From NCBI GenBank assembly GCA_965116885.1, contig OZ220741.1:4832001-4896000 (forward strand): a stretch of DNA of 64,000 nt. Reading direction: 5' to 3'. Position 1 is the stretch's first letter. The number at the start of each line of letters is the position of its first letter. The notes below the pieces were generated by a model. That model had not been told where the DNA came from and ran no database searches. It saw only the letters and a list, made by a program, of their open reading frames with translations. The stretch is from Candidatus Latescibacterota bacterium (GTDB lineage: Bacteria > Latescibacterota > UBA2968). Below, one piece after another: positions 63,901 through 64,000 of this stretch. The position numbers and the translations under genes were made by a program.

Positions 63901-64000
63901 GATAATTGGGGTATTCTGCCCAAACGCAGCGTGGATATCGTCCTGATTGACCGCAACCTAAATTCCGCCGTGGTCGATACCCTATTCATGGCGGCTTTAT
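60934..64000 (+). CDS. Gingipain-like C25 cysteine peptidase with propeptide (partial, runs off the window; not in the ORF track)
   Basis: GTG start with signal peptide; propeptide LRPVQYDP; ADYVII...VYDEFSFG...YVLLLG; catalytic-type NFMGHGS and GMSCLNG in one frame. Confidence 0.85.
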   Translation, partial: MKVFWHSIPAITLLIATSIAHAGDVRVVATGENWVEIVVGTSDLVVTSESPYDRIDVPGWMWLHQPGAPAVPVRGATLGMPYGSRAVVQVLDADYEEIEGLDLMPVPQMQLLGSEQHPFSRSAYLKDETIYDTPGFYPGAEAVIAHTGVLRDQQIAILSLRPVQYDPVQRRIRIARQLRVRVLFVADETRPPIRLLRDADDFEPIYQKGLLNPEQARFWRGRRIRATKRVQDWYDPTTTYYKIRIFEDGLYRLDARWFSESGIVLAPGDLDRLQIFLDGDEIPLLVEDGGDGVLDEGDGVMFWGAFRRAPDRDFESEYGKERVYFLRIGRESGTRYKPAEDTPTADAVSTHFLSRKHVEIDSIYEALGHARNADRDHWFWRRTASPSRPGDMPTDVVMPVPLPGLVRESGSNAQIRLGMHSLTLNQNINPDHYAVIQIQDGPLIAEERWDGQEAHIATGTVPVSALSDTTYVVLRTPGDPSFPLEPVPYVDHVYFNWVEITYPRRFEAIDGMLRFNPGIVLSPRAISIPNLEHERAIVLNLDKNKIIGTVRDGEGIRFEIAEGGNFVAVDETSIKTPELAKPDTPYDLRGYSGADYVIIAGADFMDAAERLVAHRQAQGLSTLVVDIADVYDEFSFGQVDAEAIRRFVQYGFHTWTKRPVYVLLLGEFSFDYRNLFGQTRIARHNLVPSMPFQSPNRGLAFTDEFFGRVDDGLFMDVFVGRFSVRRASQANTVVQKVIAYDETPSAQWRNRILLMANWDPQGGTYKFIAPSDTLATITHAIGLENFKVYHDADTPPEPNASSREVIRQINEGRLIVNFMGHGSASSMSKFIAGTFQQGAFNYLSQIRNRERLPLFIGMSCLNGLYWDPRIISLAEEMTNKHDGGAIAYISASSLSFIRINNQLNTALFRHILEDGVLAFGHSLALGKMTELAALPSSELGLVGMNLIGDPAQQIAVPQSPDFVLGDAALQLDQQGELTTADSVRVTLRVDNWGILPKRSVDIVLIDRNLNSAVVDTLFMAAL

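Overview
Gene-dense bacterial chromosomal window. The gene repertoire (TonB-dependent receptor, T9SS-type sorting signals, PorV-like barrel, GWxTD proteins, dockerin/cohesin-like and LRR surface proteins, PhyH dioxygenase, C25 peptidase) suggests an FCB-superphylum organism such as Latescibacterota or a relative; this is inference, not a taxonomic assignment. From left to right: a catabolic tail (beta-helix protein, BNR/sialidase-like hydrolase, amidohydrolase); a + strand outer-membrane/secretion operon (3.5-14.1 kb); a convergent - strand TPR/FN3/GWxTD operon; sigma54-type promoters in front of dockerin/cohesin/LRR surface genes; a tandemly duplicated BlaI / M56-TonB / WG-repeat / HEAT module; a terminator-bounded three-gene unit of ECF sigma factor, TPR-like protein and a ~1060-aa single-chain beta/beta-prime RNA polymerase homologue; a DksA/TraR zinc-finger gene pair; nadC; a type II R-M pair; uvrB; DUF3179 plus two barrel paralogues; sugar-acid catabolism genes; a surface-glycan locus; and a gingipain-like C25 peptidase running off the right end. 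The standout is the miniature fused RNA polymerase (34214-37393). It keeps the catalytic DFDGD, both beta-subunit catalytic-barrel lysines and the sigma-binding clamp helices, but appears to lack the flap, zinc-binding domain, lid, rudder and trigger loop, and it lies in one apparent operon with an ECF sigma factor. Two small transcription units missing from the ORF track were also found: a 35-aa membrane peptide gene and a ~40-nt candidate sRNA. No rRNA, tRNA, CRISPR array or transposase was recognised. All family calls come from motif recognition by eye, without database searches.
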